Assembly: GCA_002269645.1 (NCBI GenBank)
Contig: NIVC01001791.1
Coordinates: 25,382 to 89,381, forward strand
Direction: 5' to 3'
From: Macrostomum lignano
Taxonomy: Eukaryota
DNA: 64,000 bases
The notes beneath the pieces were generated by a model, which had not been told where the DNA came from, ran no database searches, and saw nothing but the letters and a program-made list of their open reading frames with translations. Within the stretch, counting starts at the first letter, position 1; each line of letters starts with the position of its first letter. Shown in pieces: positions 60,101 through 64,000 of this stretch. Made by a program: the position numbers and the translations under genes.

Positions 60101-61498
60101 CAGAATGGATTGCTAATCTATAGCCATATCTGCTGGGTGAAGGAACAGAATGGATTGCTAATCTGTAGCCATATCTGCTGGGTGAAGGAACAGAATGGAT
60201 TGCTAATCTGTAGCCATATCTGCTGGGTGAAGGAACAGAATGGATTGCTAATCTATAGCCATATCTGCTGGGTGAAGGAACAGAATGGATTGCTAATCTA
60301 TAGCCATATCTGCTGGGTGAAGGAACAGAATGGATTGCTAATCTATAGCCATATCTGCTGGGTGAAGGAACAGAATGGATTGCTAATCTATAGCCATATC
60401 TGCTGGGTGAAGGAACAGAATGGATTGCTAATCTATAGCCATATCTGCTGGATGAAGGAACAGAATGGATTGCTAATCTATAGCCCATATCTGCTGGGTG
60501 AAGGAACAGAATGGATTGCTAATCTGTAGCCATATCTGCTGGATGAAGGAACAGAATGGATTGCTAATCTATAGCCATATCTGCTGGGTGAAGGAACAGA
60601 ATGGATTGCTAATCTATAGCCATCTCTGCTGGGTGAAGGAACAGAATGGATTGCTAATCTATAGCCATATCTGCTGGGTGAAGGAACAGAATGGATTGCT
60701 AATCTATAGCCATATCTGCTGGGTGAAGGAACAGAATGGATTGCTAATCTATAGCCATATCTGCTGGGTGAAGGAACAGAATGGATTGCTAATCTATAGC
60801 CATATCTGCTGGGTGAAGGAACAGAATGGATTGCTAATCTATAGCCATATCTGCTGGGTGAAGGAACAGAATGGATTGCTAATCTATAGCCATATCTGCT
60901 GGGTGAAGGAACAGAATGGATTGCTAATCTATAGCCATATCTGCTGGGTGAAGGAACAGAATGGATTGCTAATCTATAGCCATATCTGCTGGGTGAAGGA
61001 ACAGAATGGATTGCTAATCTATAGCCATATCTGCTGGGTGAAGGAACAGAATGGATTGCTAATCTATAGCCATATCTGCTGGGTGAAGGAACAGAATGGA
61101 TTGCTAATCTATAGCCATAGCTGCTGGGTGAAGGAACAGAATGGATTGCTAATCTATAGCCATAGCTGCTGGATGAAGGAACAGAATGGATTGCTAATCT
61201 ATTCCTCATACCAAAGCATCCTTAAACCTCCCTCCCCCAACCGGGCCAGAGACCTGCCGAGTCCAGCAATCTGGTGCCAGTTCAGGACGCCTCCGTCAGG
61301 CAGGCGTTCGCTGCCGCAGCTGACGAGGGAGACGAAGCCGAGGAAGGCGAAGTGTCCGAGGAGGTGCCCGAGCTGGTGCGCATTCGAATGCGCAATGTCG
61401 GCAAGTACACGCCGACCTCGGAGGGCCCGAGGTCCTACGGCAAGACCCGTGCGGGCTTCTGTGACGACAGGCGACGGCCCAAATACGAAAGATTTTGA
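54185..61498 (+). CDS. Unidentified Ala/Pro/Gln-rich protein, 4 exons, ~569 aa
   Basis: Exons 54185-54463, 55269-55559, 59133-60023, 61250-61498; three phase-0 GT-AG introns give one open frame of 1710 nt. GC-rich coding-like composition. The start codon and the last acceptor are less certain. Confidence 0.75.
54535..55082. repeat. 16-bp minisatellite (TTGGTGCTGGCGCCCC)n in intron 1 of the unidentified gene
   Basis: Read directly; ~34 copies. Confidence 0.97.
56025..58240. repeat. Composite 9/11-bp minisatellite (AGAGTCACT + AGAGTCACCAC)n in intron 2
   Basis: Read directly; the two sub-units alternate irregularly over ~2.2 kb. Confidence 0.97.
58801..59060 (+). mobile_element. tRNA-derived SINE with a CORE/Meta-like central domain
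   Basis: tRNA-like head with degenerate A box and B box GGTTCGATTCC (58852-58862), then GTGTCCTTGAGCAGGACACTTAAC...CACCCAGCTGTAAAATGGG, the conserved central block of metazoan SINE superfamilies. The 3' end is approximate. Confidence 0.75.
60058..61201. repeat. 45-bp minisatellite (AATGGATTGCTAATCTATAGCCATATCTGCTGGGTGAAGGAACAG)n, ~25 copies, filling intron 3
   Basis: Read directly; nearly homogeneous. Confidence 0.97.
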
Positions 61499-63259
61499 AC
61501 TGACTCCGCTCCCTCCCCAGACAAATGCTTCTTACTACTCGTATTGGACTTTATAATTTAATTAAGCTATTTTCTATGATCCCGATTTCAACAAAACAAT
61601 ATCGTTAGTTTTACTATTATGGGTTTCTGACCAATTTTACTACTATAATAAGACTATGTTGTTACATCGCATTTATCTGTAAGTTACTAACGGGAACTTT
61701 TGTAATGACGTCCAAGTTGGTTGGTACACGAAAACTTTGCAATTTTTGTTGGTCATTGTTTAATATTGTTGCTAGGGGAAACACTACTGCTTAGGACTAA
61801 GGACCTTGCTGTCGTAGTTTACTTCGCTGTCATACCGTAATCATTTTTGTCGTATGTTTCTGCGTCTAACTCCCTCTTGTCTACCCAGTGAACTTTTTTG
61901 TTTAAATTTGGGTGTAGCTTTATCACTACTACTATTACTGAAGTAACTAGTAGCTTAAATTTCTATAGCGTTCTACCTTTTGTTGAATTGTGTTATTTTC
62001 ACATTGGCGAAGTTATTAATGTTTAATGATAATAATAATAATTTCTTTATGTTCATTTGTTTTTATGTATCAATGTCTATACGAATAACGTCAACTTAAC
62101 ATAAAGTTGTTGAATGCAATAAAAAGCTTTCGATAGCTTTAATTGCTATGTGGCTCGACCAGAACATTTGACACCGAATTGTCCGTTTTTATTGGCTATC
62201 AAATATTTTAAAATACTGGCTTTTATAATTCTGCGAAGCGCATATTCGCCCTGTTATCTTACTTAAGCTGTACAAGATCTTCATCCAATAAAGCAATTGC
62301 TATGAATGTACATGTGGTTAAACTATAACTACTAAAGTATTTGTTAGATCAGCCTTTGGTCACAATCAACAAAAAGTTTCGGTTTACCCCCCTATGTTGT
62401 ATTTTTCTGAAATCTTAAACCTGTAAATGTTAGTTATGGGAGATCCCCGTTGTTCAGCTTTAAGTTCCTTGGATTTATTGATCAGTGAGTGAACTTGTAG
62501 CCAATTATTCAAAAAATAAGGGCGTGAAGGCGGTGCTTCTTTTTATTTCGTCTTGTTCAGTAGTTTTCCGTGTGGAAAATTAGGCTTGAGTAATATGGAG
62601 TGCCGGGTACTTTTATTTAAACAATTTCGTTAAAAAATAATTCGAGAAGTATGTATGCAAGAGTCTAAAAATTTCTAATATAGGGTTGTTTACGCGGAAC
62701 TTTCTAGGTTGAATACTATATCCTACATGTTATTGTTTGGTGTTCGGAATCTTGACTACACAGGGCATGCAAACTGAAGCTCGTAATACTGTTTTACATT
62801 AAAGACACTATTTATACATTTAGGCGCATCACTAATGCGATCTACCATGTCAAGCAAAGAAATCCGGATTTTTTGAATGAATACTATACTTAAACAAGTA
62901 ATAATAATTTAATTTAGCAAAACTTTTTAAATAGTTTCAGAAAAGTTATTATTTTTATATTGCGATTTATTTCTACTGAAGTTTTAATAACGGTTTTAAA
63001 AAATATAACTCTTTGCCGTTGGCATATGAAATTTGTTTTTAGACCATGGTCACATGTCTGATTTTAATTCCCGATTTCGAAGTTACCATATTCAATACAA
63101 GGACGACTTTCAATTACATTTTAAAGCTTAAATGTAAAATGATATACAGGTAGATGTGCAGCTCACTGGTTTTTAGAATAAATTGTAAAAAATGTTCAAT
63201 GAGTTCAGTAACTTTGGTGAGATTTTAAACGATTGATAATTAATTTAAGGTGCCCTATA

Positions 63260-63552
63260 TGGTAATGGCTAGAGTTCCGGCACCGGAACCCGTTTTCTAA
63301 CAGCTATGGATCCGGCAGTGCCGTATAAAAGCATACAAAAACACTACTAAGAACATATCTTAAGAAGTCTGAACATTAGAAGCATCTTGTTTCGAATCTT
63401 ATCATATCGTCTTGAATCTTATATAGAACAAAATCTCAATATCAGCCACATGTAGAAAGAAAAATATTATGTTCTGTTTTTATTATAATTGCACTGCCGG
63501 ATCCATAGACGTTAGAAAACAGGTTCCGGTGCCGGAACTCTAGCCATTGCCA
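63260..63552. mobile_element. MITE (~293 bp) with ~62-bp TIRs
   Basis: TGGTAATGGCTAGAGTTCCGGCACCGGAACCCGTTTTCTAACAGCTATGGATCCGGCAGTGC at 63260 and its near-perfect reverse complement ending at 63552. TSD and superfamily unresolved. Confidence 0.88.
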
Positions 63553-64000
63553 TTTATAATCATTAATTAATTAATTAATTATATCTTATAGGTGATAGGC
63601 CCCTATATGATTTAAATTAAGATGACAATAATATTAAACTAGGCCAAATCAGTATAAATTTGTAATTTACTTAAGCCTACTTTGCCTTATCTTTGGCCTT
63701 ATGGACCAGCTATCCAATATATAATATGGCCTATGTCCTATAGCCCATAGTCAGAAAGGTGTCCAGTGTATGCAGGAACTAATTCTAGGCAAAATTAAGC
63801 CTGTACACAATGTACGCCAATTTTTTAGCCTCATTTTGAACATTACGCTGTATGTAGTAGTAGTAAGTAGTAGTAGTAGTAGTAACCCAGTGAAAAATGA
63901 TTTATGGATTCCACGTGGGTTCCACGTGGCCATGTAGAATTTAAATGTTTCTTTAATTTTTGCAATTAATGACTTAAAGATGACATAATGGTATGCAAAG

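Noticed and set aside
61768-61783. Second X-box-like motif (GTTGCTAGGGGAAAC)
   Set aside because: Imperfect spacing, and no gene start was identified nearby.

Overview
This is intron-rich animal genomic DNA. Short 82-126 nt introns alternate with introns filled by minisatellites, which resembles a repeat-rich invertebrate such as the flatworm Macrostomum (inference only). Six protein-coding genes were rebuilt by hand from GT-AG junctions with consistent phases: an SLC7/LAT-type amino-acid transporter (-, 6 exons, ~501 aa), an atypical Rab-like GTPase (-, 2 exons, 276 aa), an EMAP/EML WD40 protein (+, 8 exons, 640 aa, with an upstream RFX X-box), an aldehyde-oxidase/xanthine-dehydrogenase-like molybdo-flavoenzyme (+, 14 exons, ~1281 aa), a Zn-dependent sorbitol/threonine-dehydrogenase-like MDR enzyme (+, 3 exons, 367 aa) and an unidentified Gln/Pro/Ala-rich protein (+, 4 exons, ~569 aa). 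Also present are a tRNA-Pro(AGG) gene, two hAT-type non-autonomous elements with intact 8-bp TSDs (one carrying a nested LINE with a 14-bp TSD), a mariner deletion derivative, a MITE, a SINE, a second LINE fragment, a decayed gypsy integrase, an LTR-like insert, and a Penelope-like fragment carrying a complete minimal hammerhead ribozyme. About 25 distinct tandem arrays occur, and most long ORFs in the supplied track are artefacts of them. The best leads are the hammerhead, a minisatellite built from an exon/intron junction, a ~1-kb intron that is almost pure (ACT)n, inverted arrays flanking one exon, and the non-canonical Rab. No database search was run.
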